Shown: positions 10,205-19,731 of the stretch, in pieces
How the letters are laid out: each line of letters opens with the position of its first letter
Numbering within the stretch: the first letter of the stretch is position 1
Assembly: GCA_024275485.1 (NCBI GenBank)
Contig: JAJRZA010000033.1
Span: 26,487-90,486 of the forward strand
Direction: 5' to 3'
Length of the DNA stretch: 64,000 nt
Source: Candidatus Krumholzibacteriota bacterium
Lineage (GTDB): Bacteria; Krumholzibacteriota; Krumholzibacteriia; LZORAL124-64-63
Program-made: the position numbers and the translations under genes
The notes under the pieces: model-generated
What the model was told of the DNA's origin: nothing
Seen by the model: only the letters and a program-made list of their open reading frames with translations
Databases searched by the model: none

Positions 10205-10857
10205 TGGGCCAACTCCTCGTCGGAGGAAAATTCCTGGACGGAAGGATGCCAGGCCTTGTCCAGCAGTCGAGTCAAGGCAGTGCTATAGAGACCGGAGCTT
10301 TTGAGCACCAGATCCGTCACCTCGCGCACCGCGCCCTGACCACCAGCTACGGATGTCACATGATGGCAGAAGTCCAAGATCTCCACCGGGGCATTGGGCA
10401 CTCCCACCGCCACCAGTACCTGGTGCATGGCAGGCAGATCGATCAGGTCGTCACCCATGTAAAGGGTTTCGTCCGGACCACAGCCGGTCTCATCCAGGAT
10501 CTCCTGGAGGGCCCCCACTTTGTCGAAGCGCCCCATTTTGAGGCTGTCGAAGCGCAGTTCGGTGCAGCGGAGGAAAACGATTTCGCTGTTGCGCCCGGTC
10601 AAAACCGCCCGTTTGAGTCCGGCGATGCGTGCCATGACCAACCCGAGACCATCGTGGCTGTGGAATTCCTTCAGCGCTTCGCCGGAGGGTCCGTAAACCA
10701 GATTGCCGGGAGTGAGCACCCCGTCACAATCAAATACCAGGAGCTTGATGTTGGCAAAGCTGGCCGTCAGTTCTTCACCCAGGCATTCAACTGCCTGCCG
10801 ACGGTATTGCTCCGCAGACAAAGGTGGCCACGCAGTGGGTTTCCTGGCTGCCGTCAT
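10201..10857 (-). CDS. kdsC: KDO 8-phosphate phosphatase (HAD family), with a C-terminal extension
   Basis: Contains the HAD motif LLVFDCDGVLT, plus GDDLIDLP and AGGQGAVREV that match KdsC. Confidence 0.8.
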   Translation of the reverse strand: MTAARKPTAWPPLSAEQYRRQAVECLGEELTASFANIKLLVFDCDGVLTPGNLVYGPSGEALKEFHSHDGLGLVMARIAGLKRAVLTGRNSEIVFLRCTELRFDSLKMGRFDKVGALQEILDETGCGPDETLYMGDDLIDLPAMHQVLVAVGVPNAPVEILDFCHHVTSVAGGQGAVREVTDLVLKSSGLYSTALTRLLDKAWHPSVQEFSSDEELAQ

Positions 10858-11690
10858 TCCGCCACCTCGTTGTGCAGGGCCCGGAACCTGATCAATTGGC
10901 TGACCAGATCTTCAAAACTTTCCAGGGGCATTTGGCTACCGGCATCGGATTTCGCCCGGGACGGTTCCGGGTGAACTTCAAGGAAAACAGCGTCGGCACC
11001 GGCTGTGACTCCGCAACGTGCCAGCAGGGGAATCAGCTCGGGAGTTCCTCCGGTGGTGCTGCCGGTGCTGCCGGGCGATTGCACGGAATGGGTCGCATCA
11101 AAAACCACCGGTCGACCCAGGGCACGCATGATCTGGATGGAGCGGAAATCCACGGTCAGGTCGCGGTAACCCAGGAAGGTGCCACGCTCGGTGAACATCA
11201 CATTTCTGCCGCCCACCGCTTCGACCTTGCCGGCCCCGTGACCGATATCTTCAGCCGCAAGGAATTGCCCCTTCTTGATGTTGACAATCCGGCATGTGCG
11301 ACCCGCAGCTTCCAACAAGGAAGTTTGCCGACACAAGAAGGCGGGAATCTGCAGGATCTCTGCCACCTGCCCCACCGCATCCGCATCCTGGGAATGATGA
11401 ACATCAGTCAGCACAGGCACGCCGCAGGCATCACCAATGCGTTGGAGCAGACGCAGCCCCTCTTCGATTCCCGGCCCCCGGTAGGATTCGCTGCTGGTCC
11501 GGTTGTCCTTGGTAAAACTGCTTTTGAAGCAATACCCTACACCCAGCTTGTCGCACACACCGGTCAGGTATTCAGCCACCTGCAACATCTCGTCGGGATC
11601 TTCCAGCACACAGGGTCCGGCGATGATGTATAAAGGCTGGCCGGATCCGATTTGGTGGTCCCGCAGCTGCACTGGTGTGGCGATGTTCAT
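10854..11690 (-). CDS. kdsA: 2-dehydro-3-deoxyphosphooctonate aldolase (KDO8P synthase)
   Basis: Carries the conserved blocks LYIIAGPCVLE, NIKKGQFLA and VFDATHSVQ. Confidence 0.9.
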   Translation of the reverse strand: MNIATPVQLRDHQIGSGQPLYIIAGPCVLEDPDEMLQVAEYLTGVCDKLGVGYCFKSSFTKDNRTSSESYRGPGIEEGLRLLQRIGDACGVPVLTDVHHSQDADAVGQVAEILQIPAFLCRQTSLLEAAGRTCRIVNIKKGQFLAAEDIGHGAGKVEAVGGRNVMFTERGTFLGYRDLTVDFRSIQIMRALGRPVVFDATHSVQSPGSTGSTTGGTPELIPLLARCGVTAGADAVFLEVHPEPSRAKSDAGSQMPLESFEDLVSQLIRFRALHNEVAE

Positions 11691-13399
11691 GCTTCACTCC
11701 TGGAGATGTTGGGCGCGCCATCTTCATCATTGCGCTCGACTGCTGGTTCGGCGGCCAGTCGGGCCGCTTCTTCCCTTTGCAATTCCTGGTGATCGACTGC
11801 CGCAGCAACAAAGGACCGGAACAATGGATGAGGGCGGTGCGGACGGCTTTTCAACTCGGGGTGAAACTGAACACTAAGGAAGAACGGGTGAGTAGGCAAT
11901 TCCATGATCTCTACCAGATCACCATCGGGCGAAGTTCCGGAGAAGACCACGCCGGCTTCTTCAAATCGTGCCCGGAATTCGTTGTTCACTTCATAGCGAT
12001 GGCGATGTCGTTCGTTGATTTCAAGTTCACCGTAACTGTGGTAGGCACGGCTGCCCGGCTTGAGATGGCAGGGCCAGGACCCCAGTCGCATGGTGCCGCC
12101 CATGTTCTTGATCTTCTTCTGCTCTTCCATCAGGTGGATCACCTGGTTGGTACCGGTGGGATTGAATTCCGCACTGCAGGCTTTCTCCAGATTCACAAGA
12201 TCACGCCCAATCTCAATCATGGCGCACTGCAACCCCAGGCAAATCCCGAAGAAGGGAATTTTGTTCTGACGGGCATAACGAATGGCGCTGATTTTTCCTT
12301 CGATACCCCGATCGCCAAAACCGCCGGGAATGAGGATGCCGTGGCAGTCCTGAAAAATCTCCTTCAGCCGGCGCTCACCAATTTCACTGCTTTCGAGATC
12401 TTCCGAATCCACCCATATCTGTTCAACTTCAACGTGGTTGGGAATACCGGCATGCACGAAAGATTCGATGATGCTCTTGTAGGCATCCTTCAGTTCCACA
12501 TACTTGCCGACGATGGCGATGCGCACAGTGTCCGTCGGGTTGAGAATGACCTTGACCATTCGCTCCCAGGCCGACATGTCGGGCTCCTCGGTTTCCAAGT
12601 TGAAACGCTTGCACAACAGGCCGTCAAAATTTTGCGCGCGAAGATTCAGGGGAACCTCATAAATGCTCCTGGCATCGGTGCCGTCGAAGACGTTTTCCTT
12701 GGGAAGGTTGCAGAAGAGGGCAATTTTGCTGCGGGCTTCATCCCCGATGGGCTTTATGGTCCGGCACATCAGGAAGTCGGGTTGGATACCGATGCCGCGC
12801 AACTCGCGCACCGAGTGTTGAGTGGGTTTGGTTTTGATTTCCCCGGCGGTGGGAATGTAGGGAACCAGGGTCAGATGAACCGAGGCGGTGTCGTGCCAAG
12901 GCATTTCCAGACGGAACTGACGGATGGCTTCCAGGAAGGGCAGGCTCTCGATATCACCCACGGTGCCGCCAATTTCGGTGATCACGATATCAATATCCGG
13001 GTTTCTTTCCGCCGGCAGGGTGATGCGATGCTTGATCTCGTCGGTGACATGTGGAATGACCTGCACCGTGCGACCAAGGTATTCGCCCTTGCGTTCGTTG
13101 CTCAGAATGGTTTCGTATACCCTTCCCGAGGTCAGGTTGTTGTATTGATCCAGATTGGTATCGGTGAAACGTTCGTAGTGGCCCAGGTCGAGGTCGCATT
13201 CGGCCCCGTCATCGAGGACAAAGACTTCACCGTGCTGGAAGGGACTCATGGTGCCGGGATCGACGTTCAGGTAGGGGTCGAATTTCTGCAGCACAACATT
13301 CAGGCCGCGAGCCTTCAACAGAGTGCCCAGAGACGCTGAAGCAATGCCTTTGCCCAGGGCCGATACCACACCACCGGTCACGAACAGATATTTGGCCAT
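11687..13399 (-). CDS. pyrG: CTP synthase with a short C-terminal extension
   Basis: The synthetase N-terminus reads MAKYLFVTGGVVSALGKG and the glutaminase domain has GICLGLQ. The start is set at MAKY. Confidence 0.9.
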   Translation of the reverse strand: MAKYLFVTGGVVSALGKGIASASLGTLLKARGLNVVLQKFDPYLNVDPGTMSPFQHGEVFVLDDGAECDLDLGHYERFTDTNLDQYNNLTSGRVYETILSNERKGEYLGRTVQVIPHVTDEIKHRITLPAERNPDIDIVITEIGGTVGDIESLPFLEAIRQFRLEMPWHDTASVHLTLVPYIPTAGEIKTKPTQHSVRELRGIGIQPDFLMCRTIKPIGDEARSKIALFCNLPKENVFDGTDARSIYEVPLNLRAQNFDGLLCKRFNLETEEPDMSAWERMVKVILNPTDTVRIAIVGKYVELKDAYKSIIESFVHAGIPNHVEVEQIWVDSEDLESSEIGERRLKEIFQDCHGILIPGGFGDRGIEGKISAIRYARQNKIPFFGICLGLQCAMIEIGRDLVNLEKACSAEFNPTGTNQVIHLMEEQKKIKNMGGTMRLGSWPCHLKPGSRAYHSYGELEINERHRHRYEVNNEFRARFEEAGVVFSGTSPDGDLVEIMELPTHPFFLSVQFHPELKSRPHRPHPLFRSFVAAAVDHQELQREEAARLAAEPAVERNDEDGAPNISRSEA

Positions 13400-13476
13400 T
13401 TCTCTCTCCATTGTGCCGAACCGCATCGGCACCGGTCAGTATGAGTGGGAGCTGAAAAACCTGCAGACGACAGGTC

Positions 13477-14217
13477 CTAATCCCGCCACAATTCCCTCAC
13501 CAATTCCAGGTCCGCCGGCGTATCCACGCCAATGGGTGCCTGATCTATCTTCAGCACCTTGATGCTCATGCCGTTTTCAAGGGCGCGCAACTGCTCCAGA
13601 CCCTCCGCTTTCTCCAGCGGGGTGGATTCCAGGCTCAAAAACCTGTCCAGGGCTTCCCGGCGAAAGGCGTAAATGCCGACATGGCGCAATGCATGCTGGA
13701 AACCAGCCGTTTTTTTGCCTGTCGCCTCCGGAAAAGAACCGGGCACCATGGCCCTGGAAAAATACAATGCCTCATCGTTTTGGTCGATAAGAACCTTTAC
13801 CGTGTTGGGATCCTGCCATTGATTTTCATGGTCGAATGCATGAGCGCAGGTGGCCAGATCCACGGTGGGGTTGTCGACCATCACTTCCACCAGGGAGTCG
13901 GCAACGGCTGGATCCAGAAGGGGTTCGTCACCTTGAAGATTCAGAATGATGTCCGCATCGTGCCGGGAAGCGACCTCACCGATGCGATCAGTGCCGGTGG
14001 CATGGTCGCGGGTCATTTCGCAAGGAAAACCGTGGGCATTGACTGCGTCCAGGATGCGCTGGTCGTCGGTGGCCACGACGATGTGATCGGCCGTCTTCAT
14101 GTCCGTGGCTTTTTCAATGACCCGAACCACCAGGGGCTTGCCACCCAAATCGGCCAGGGCTTTGCCCGGGAAACGACTGGAGTCGTAGCGGGCGGGAATG
14201 ACGACCAGGACTTTCAC
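13477..14217 (-). CDS. kdsB: 3-deoxy-manno-octulosonate cytidylyltransferase (CMP-KDO synthetase)
   Basis: The N-terminus reads MKVLVVIPARYDSSRFPGKAL. Confidence 0.9.
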   Translation of the reverse strand: MKVLVVIPARYDSSRFPGKALADLGGKPLVVRVIEKATDMKTADHIVVATDDQRILDAVNAHGFPCEMTRDHATGTDRIGEVASRHDADIILNLQGDEPLLDPAVADSLVEVMVDNPTVDLATCAHAFDHENQWQDPNTVKVLIDQNDEALYFSRAMVPGSFPEATGKKTAGFQHALRHVGIYAFRREALDRFLSLESTPLEKAEGLEQLRALENGMSIKVLKIDQAPIGVDTPADLELVRELWRD

Positions 14218-14244
14218 GATGCCGATCTCCTACCTGAAGCAGCC

Positions 14245-14280
14245 GAAATTCACTAAAAAAAAGGGCCCGCCCCATTGCAA
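14245..14280 (-). terminator. Rho-independent terminator downstream of rpmA
   Basis: On the minus strand a GC stem GGCCCGCCC/GGGCGGGCC with an 8-nt loop is followed by a run of 8 T. Confidence 0.6.
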
Positions 14281-14305
14281 GGGCGGGCCGGAAACCAATC
14301 AACCT

Positions 14306-14563
14306 TTACTGGAAAGGTACAACGGCAACCCGTTTTTTATTTCCACGGAAATTCTGGAATTCCACGACACCGTCCACCAGGGAGAACAGGGTGTCATCTC
14401 CACCCTTGCCCACGTTCTTGCCGGGGTGGATTCTGGTTCCACGCTGCCGAACGATGATGGTTCCGGCCAGGACACCCTGACCACTGTACCGCTTCACGCC
14501 CAAATTCTGGGCGTTTGAATCGCGCCCGTTCCTTGTGGAACCGCCTGCTTTTTTATGAGCCAT
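14306..14563 (-). CDS. rpmA: 50S ribosomal protein L27
   Basis: The N-terminus reads [25 protein letters not shown]. Confidence 0.9.
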   Translation of the reverse strand: MAHKKAGGSTRNGRDSNAQNLGVKRYSGQGVLAGTIIVRQRGTRIHPGKNVGKGGDDTLFSLVDGVVEFQNFRGNKKRVAVVPFQ

Positions 14564-14610
14564 TGTTTTGCTCCTTGGTATGGACCGGCGCCCGCGCGCG
14601 CAGGTGCTGG

Positions 14611-14922
14611 TTAACCGTTGATGCCGGTAATCTTGATCTCGGTGAATTGCTGGCGATGACCGTTTTTGCGTCGGTAATTCTTGCGCCGTTTTTTCTTGAA
14701 GACGATGATTTTTCGGCTGCGGCCATGGTTCAGAACCTCGGCCGAGACGCTGGCGCCGTCAACGGTAGGACTGCCCACCTTGACATCCTCACCATCGGCA
14801 ACCATGAGAACTTCGTCGAAATTCAGGGTTTCGCCCACTTCAATGTCGAACAGGGGCACCTGAAGCCTCAGGTCGGGAGTAACCCGGAATTGCTGATTCT
14901 TGATCTTGACTACGGCGTACAT
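14611..14922 (-). CDS. rplU: 50S ribosomal protein L21
   Basis: The protein starts [14 protein letters not shown] behind a GGAGA ribosome-binding site; the track ORF starts further upstream at an alternative codon. Confidence 0.9.
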   Translation of the reverse strand: MYAVVKIKNQQFRVTPDLRLQVPLFDIEVGETLNFDEVLMVADGEDVKVGSPTVDGASVSAEVLNHGRSRKIIVFKKKRRKNYRRKNGHRQQFTEIKITGING

Positions 14923-14992
14923 CTCATTTTCTCCGCATGTAATGGGCTCATGGCCCAAGAAACCCATTTGATCGCGCCTGACTCAATGCTTA

Positions 14993-15024
14993 AACAATTG
15001 CCTGAACAATTGCCTGAACAATTT
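14993..15024. repeat. Tandem direct repeat (12-nt unit AACAATTGCCTG, about 2.7 copies) in the rplU 5' leader/promoter region
   Basis: The sequence is aacaattgcctg aacaattgcctg aacaattt. Each unit contains the palindrome CAATTG. Confidence 0.5.
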
Positions 15025-15220
15025 AACGCGCACAGAAATACCCAACGGATCCACCCGCTTGCAGACAGATCTCTTTGGATTTCCTTTGAAGCAGGTATAG
15101 TTAATACCTATTTGTCCATTCGTCAAGGAAACTGGTGGGGAAATATTGGTTTGGGCTGTTCTAACACCAGTTGGTTTTTTAAACAGGTCAATCGGAACCG
15201 ATCACCCGAGATTGCCTATA

Positions 15221-15919
15221 TCAGTCGGTTTTGAGCGCATATTCAACAGCCCTGGCGGCATGAACGGCGGTTGTGTCGCAAAGCATGACTTCGGTATCGG
15301 TTTGTTTGACGAGCATGCCGATTTCCGTACAACCGAGAATGACCGCTTCAGCACCCTGCAGGGCCAGATCCTCAATGATCCGCAGGAATTCCTGGCGCGA
15401 ATGGTCCTGAAAACTGCCCAAACACAATTCCTGGAAGATCACATCATGCACCACCTTGCGGTCGGCATCGTTGGGGGCAACTACTTTTAGTCCATATTTG
15501 TCGGACAGTCGTCCTTTATAGAAATCTTTTTCCATGGTGAAGGCGGTGCCAAGCAGGCCCACCGTACCAACTCCTTCAGCCATCAGCACTTCGGCTGTGG
15601 CATCGGCAATGTGCAGGATGGGAATCTGGATCACGGCTTCAATTTCCTCCGCCACGATGTGCATGGTGTTGGTGCAAATCACCAGGAAGTCGGCTCCACC
15701 TGCCTGGATGCTCTGCGCGGAGGAAGCCAGGATGGTGGCAGCACCGGCCCAGTCCCCTTTTATCTGCAATTTATTGATGGGTTCAAAATCGACGCTGTGC
15801 ATGACGATCCGGCCGGAATGCAACCCACCGAGGGCCTTGTTGATACCTTCGTTGATTTGCCTATAATAACCTACGGTGCTTTGCCAACTCATGCCGCCCA
15901 TCAAGCCAATGGTTTTCAT
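15221..15919 (-). CDS. Aspartate/glutamate racemase family protein (Asp racemase/hydantoin racemase type)
   Basis: The start is set at MKTIGLMGGMSWQST. The conserved blocks LVICTNTMH and VILGCTEIGML are present. Confidence 0.7.
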   Translation of the reverse strand: MKTIGLMGGMSWQSTVGYYRQINEGINKALGGLHSGRIVMHSVDFEPINKLQIKGDWAGAATILASSAQSIQAGGADFLVICTNTMHIVAEEIEAVIQIPILHIADATAEVLMAEGVGTVGLLGTAFTMEKDFYKGRLSDKYGLKVVAPNDADRKVVHDVIFQELCLGSFQDHSRQEFLRIIEDLALQGAEAVILGCTEIGMLVKQTDTEVMLCDTTAVHAARAVEYALKTD

Positions 15920-16155
15920 GGTGATGCTTTCCATTCTGGTTTGGGTCGTTTGGGATTGAACCTGTTTTACACCTGAATATAAATCCCCCGGCATTCCCGG
16001 GGCCGCTTCCCCTCGCTTCGAAAAATGTTGGCAACATGATAACTCACAATCGCCAGGTTGACATTGGCCCCATTTTTCGTAAGTATTCCCTTCGATAAAC
16101 ATTGATTCGCCGGACATCATTTTCCGGTCCCCAATCCAACAGGAGCAAACCAGTC

Positions 16156-17097
16156 ATGTCCGAAAACAAAGCGCCAAAAACCATCGTCATCGGCTCGGGT
16201 CCTGCCGGCTACACGGCCGCCATTTACCTCGGCCGCGCCAATATCCCGCACATCCTGTTAGAAGGGGACCAGCCAGGCGGCCAACTGACCATTACCACTG
16301 AGGTCGAGAACTACCCCGCCTTCCCCGATGGCATCGAAGGCCCGGAACTGATGATGAAAATGAAGGCCCAGGCTGAGCGTTTCGGCACCCAGTTTTTAAG
16401 CGAGACGATCATCAGTGTTGATTTCAGCGGCGATACCCACCAGGTCAACACCAGCAAAGCCACCTACGAAGCCCCTACGGTGATCATCGCCACCGGCAGC
16501 ACCGCCCGCTGGTTGGGGTTGCCCGATGAAGACAAATTCATGGGCAAAGGCCTGAGCGCCTGTGCCACCTGTGATGGTTTCTTCTTCCGCGACCAGGAGA
16601 TTGCCGTGGTCGGCGGCGGTGATACCGCCCTCGAAGAAGCCACTTACCTGACGAATTTCGCCTCCAAGGTGACCCTGATTCACCGTCGAGACGAACTGCG
16701 CGGTTCGAAGATCATGCAGCAACGCGCCATTGATCACCCAAAAATAGAAATCGCCTGGAATAGCATCATTGATCATTATATGGCCGACGACCAGGGCAAC
16801 CTCTCGGGTCTCAAACTGAAAGACACCCAGGATGGTACCCTGCGCGACCTTGAGGTATCTGGCTGCTTTATCGCCATTGGCCACGTGCCAAATACTCAAT
16901 TTCTCGAGGGCGCCCTGAAGACCGACGAGAACGGCTATCTCATCACCCGTCCGGACGTGACCGCCGTTGATATTCCCGGTGTTTTTGCGTGTGGCGACGT
17001 TCAGGACCACGTTTACCGGCAGGCCATCACTTCGGCCGGCACCGGTTGCATGGCCGCCATGGAAGCTGAGCGTTTTATTGGTGAAAAAGGGCTCTAA
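16156..17097 (+). CDS. trxB: Thioredoxin reductase
   Basis: Has the FAD motif IVIGSGPAGYTAA, the redox-active CATC, the NADPH motif VVGGGDTALEEA and an AGGAG ribosome-binding site. Confidence 0.9.
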   Translation: MSENKAPKTIVIGSGPAGYTAAIYLGRANIPHILLEGDQPGGQLTITTEVENYPAFPDGIEGPELMMKMKAQAERFGTQFLSETIISVDFSGDTHQVNTSKATYEAPTVIIATGSTARWLGLPDEDKFMGKGLSACATCDGFFFRDQEIAVVGGGDTALEEATYLTNFASKVTLIHRRDELRGSKIMQQRAIDHPKIEIAWNSIIDHYMADDQGNLSGLKLKDTQDGTLRDLEVSGCFIAIGHVPNTQFLEGALKTDENGYLITRPDVTAVDIPGVFACGDVQDHVYRQAITSAGTGCMAAMEAERFIGEKGL

Positions 17098-17324
17098 TAA
17101 CACCTTCTTCTGCATTGATGGCCCGATTCCATTGTCATTGAATGGGGTTGGGCCCTTTCAACGGCGCACATTTGCCTTGTTGCATGTTGATTTGCCCCTT
17201 TCCATATAATACTTTGTAAATCTAGTGCGTACTGTATCTGGGCATTACAATCGGGTGGCTTTCCTTCCTGCTCTTCCGAAAACAAGGCCCGGTTTCCTTT
17301 ATCTCCACGAGAAAGGACCATTCG

Positions 17325-18191
17325 ATGCACCAAGTCCTCGAACACACCATACTCGGACCCAACGTCCACCTCTTTCGCTTCGAAGCCTACGATGTCGCCC
17401 AATACCGTCAACCCGGCCAATTCGTCATTATCAGGGTCAACGACGAAGGCGAACGTATTCCACTGACCATTGCCGACGTGAATAAAGAAGAAGGCAGCAT
17501 CACCCTCATCGTACAGTCCGTGGGCAAGACCACCCTGGAGATGGCCCAACTCGAAGTCGGCGATTCAATCCCCGACATTTGTGGTCCTCTGGGCGAACCC
17601 ACCCACATCGAAAAAGTCGGCAAAGTTTTGTGCGTCGGCGGCGGTATCGGCACTGCCCCTCTTTACCCAGTGACCAAGGCCATGAAGGAAATCGGCAACC
17701 AGGTCACCAGCATTCTCGGTGCCCGGACCAAGGATCTCCTGATCCTTGAGCAGGAGATGAAGGATGCCAGCCATGGACTTGTCATCACTACAGATGACGG
17801 CTCCTACGGCATGAAAGGCCTAGTCACCAACGCCATAGAAAAACTTGTTGATGAGGGCAACAAGTTCGACCTCTGCGTCTGCATGGGCCCCCCCATCATG
17901 ATGAAATTTGTCAGTCTTTTGACCAAGAAGCTGAACATCCCATGCCTGGTCAGCCTGAACCCCATCATGGTCGACGGCACCGGCATGTGCGGCGGTTGCA
18001 GGGTCACGGTAGATGGTGAAACAAAATTCGCCTGCGTGGACGGACCCGAATTCGACGGCCATCTGGTGGACTTCGACGAAATGATGAGCCGCCTGACCAT
18101 GTACAAATCCTTCGAAAAAGACTCGCTGGATCATTACATGGGCGAAACCGGATGCAAGCTCGAAAACGCAGTCAAAGGGGAACCAAAATGA
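17325..18191 (+). CDS. nfnA: NfnA-like small subunit (PyrK/ferredoxin-NADP reductase-like, FAD and [2Fe-2S])
   Basis: PyrK-like fold with the C-terminal Cys cluster CGGCRV...C; its stop overlaps the next gene's ATG. Confidence 0.7.
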   Translation: MHQVLEHTILGPNVHLFRFEAYDVAQYRQPGQFVIIRVNDEGERIPLTIADVNKEEGSITLIVQSVGKTTLEMAQLEVGDSIPDICGPLGEPTHIEKVGKVLCVGGGIGTAPLYPVTKAMKEIGNQVTSILGARTKDLLILEQEMKDASHGLVITTDDGSYGMKGLVTNAIEKLVDEGNKFDLCVCMGPPIMMKFVSLLTKKLNIPCLVSLNPIMVDGTGMCGGCRVTVDGETKFACVDGPEFDGHLVDFDEMMSRLTMYKSFEKDSLDHYMGETGCKLENAVKGEPK

Positions 18192-19651
18192 AGAAAAAAG
18201 AAAGGATGCAAATCGACCCTGTGGACATGCCCCAGCAGGACCCAAAACTGCGGGTGCTCAACGTCGATGAAGTCCCAACAGGCTATACCGCTGAAATGGC
18301 CATGCTCGAAGCAAAACGCTGCATCCAGTGCAAGCGCCCCTTTTGCACCGAAGGTTGCCCCGTGGGCATCGATATCCCTGCCTTCATCCAGCTCATTGAA
18401 GATGGGGATTTTGCCGGAGCCGTGGCCAAGATCAAGGAGACCAACCTCTTGCCGGCTATTTGTGGCCGGGTTTGCCCCCAGGAAGAGCAATGCCAGCTGA
18501 CCTGCACCATTGGCAAGGCCCGCAAGGATCCCACCCAGGCCGTGAACATCGGCCGACTCGAACGTTTTTTGGCAGACTGGGAGCGCGAGCATGGGGACAT
18601 TCCCCTGCCGCCCAAGCCGACACCCACAGGTAAAAAGGTGGCCGTCGTTGGTGGTGGTCCGGCGGGCTTGACCGTGGCTGGAGATTTGATCCGCCAAGGG
18701 CACGAAATCACGGTTTTCGAGGCTTTTCACAAAGCGGGCGGTGTCCTTATCTATGGGATTCCCGAGTTCCGTCTGCCCAAGGCCATCGTTCAGAAGGAGA
18801 TTGATTACCTCGAAAAGCTGGGCGTCCGGTTCAAATACAACTTTGTGGTGGGCAAAACCGCCCCCATGTCAAAAATCGTCGAAGAATACGACGCAGTTTT
18901 TGTGGGCACCGGAGCGGGTTTGCCCCGCTTCATGAAAATCCCCGGGGAAAACCTGCTGGGCGTGTATTCCGCCAACGAGTATCTCACCCGGGCCAACCTG
19001 ATGCAGGCCTACAGTTTTCCAAAAACCGACACCCCGTTGATCACCGGCAAGTCGGTGGCCACCATCGGCGGAGGCAACGTGGCCATGGATTGCGCCCGCA
19101 CCGCCTTGCGCATGGGTGCCAAACGTTCGCTGATTGTCTACCGCCGCGCCGAAGAACAGATGCCGGCCCGCATTGAAGAGATCCACCACGCCAAAGAAGA
19201 AGGGGTGGAATTCCATACTTTGCAAAACCCGCTGAAATTCCTGGGCAACGACGAAAATTGGCTCACGGGCATCGAACTGTTGAAGATGAAACTTGGCGAA
19301 CCCGATGCCTCGGGACGACGCAGTCCGGTGCCCATGCCCGGAACCGAATTCGTTGAAGACGTCGACGTGGTCATTGTGGCCATCGGCAACAGCCCGAACC
19401 CGTTGGTTCCCAGAGATTTTCCTGAACTGGAAGTCACCCGCTGGGGCGGCATCGTGATCAACGAAGCCACCAGCCAAACCAACATTCCCGGAGTTTTTGC
19501 CGGGGGAGATATCGTGTTGGGTGCGGCCACCGTCATCCTGGCCATGGGCCACGGACGGCAGGCGGCAAAGTCCATCAACATGTACCTCAGTTCGGGTCGT
19601 TGGAGCGATCTTGAGAGCACCCTTTCGACCGACAGAGCCGATGTTAGATAA
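18188..19651 (+). CDS. nfnB: NfnB-like large subunit (glutamate synthase small-subunit/GltD family, 2x[4Fe-4S], FAD, NAD(P)H)
   Basis: N-terminal Cys clusters CIQCKRPFCTEGCP and CGRVCPQEEQC are followed by VAVVGGGPAGL and VATIGGGNVAMDCA. Confidence 0.75.
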   Translation: MKKKERMQIDPVDMPQQDPKLRVLNVDEVPTGYTAEMAMLEAKRCIQCKRPFCTEGCPVGIDIPAFIQLIEDGDFAGAVAKIKETNLLPAICGRVCPQEEQCQLTCTIGKARKDPTQAVNIGRLERFLADWEREHGDIPLPPKPTPTGKKVAVVGGGPAGLTVAGDLIRQGHEITVFEAFHKAGGVLIYGIPEFRLPKAIVQKEIDYLEKLGVRFKYNFVVGKTAPMSKIVEEYDAVFVGTGAGLPRFMKIPGENLLGVYSANEYLTRANLMQAYSFPKTDTPLITGKSVATIGGGNVAMDCARTALRMGAKRSLIVYRRAEEQMPARIEEIHHAKEEGVEFHTLQNPLKFLGNDENWLTGIELLKMKLGEPDASGRRSPVPMPGTEFVEDVDVVIVAIGNSPNPLVPRDFPELEVTRWGGIVINEATSQTNIPGVFAGGDIVLGAATVILAMGHGRQAAKSINMYLSSGRWSDLESTLSTDRADVR

Positions 19652-19731
19652 CAGATTCCGTTCTTGATTTAACAGAATCTGAAACATACCGTTGCCATGA
19701 GCAATACAAGCTTCCAAAGAGGAGGAAAGCC

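Noticed and set aside
11675-13339. A 554-aa plus-strand ORF
   Set aside because: It lies entirely antisense to pyrG, whose protein has unmistakable CTP synthase motifs. It is a high-GC shadow ORF with no recognisable motifs.
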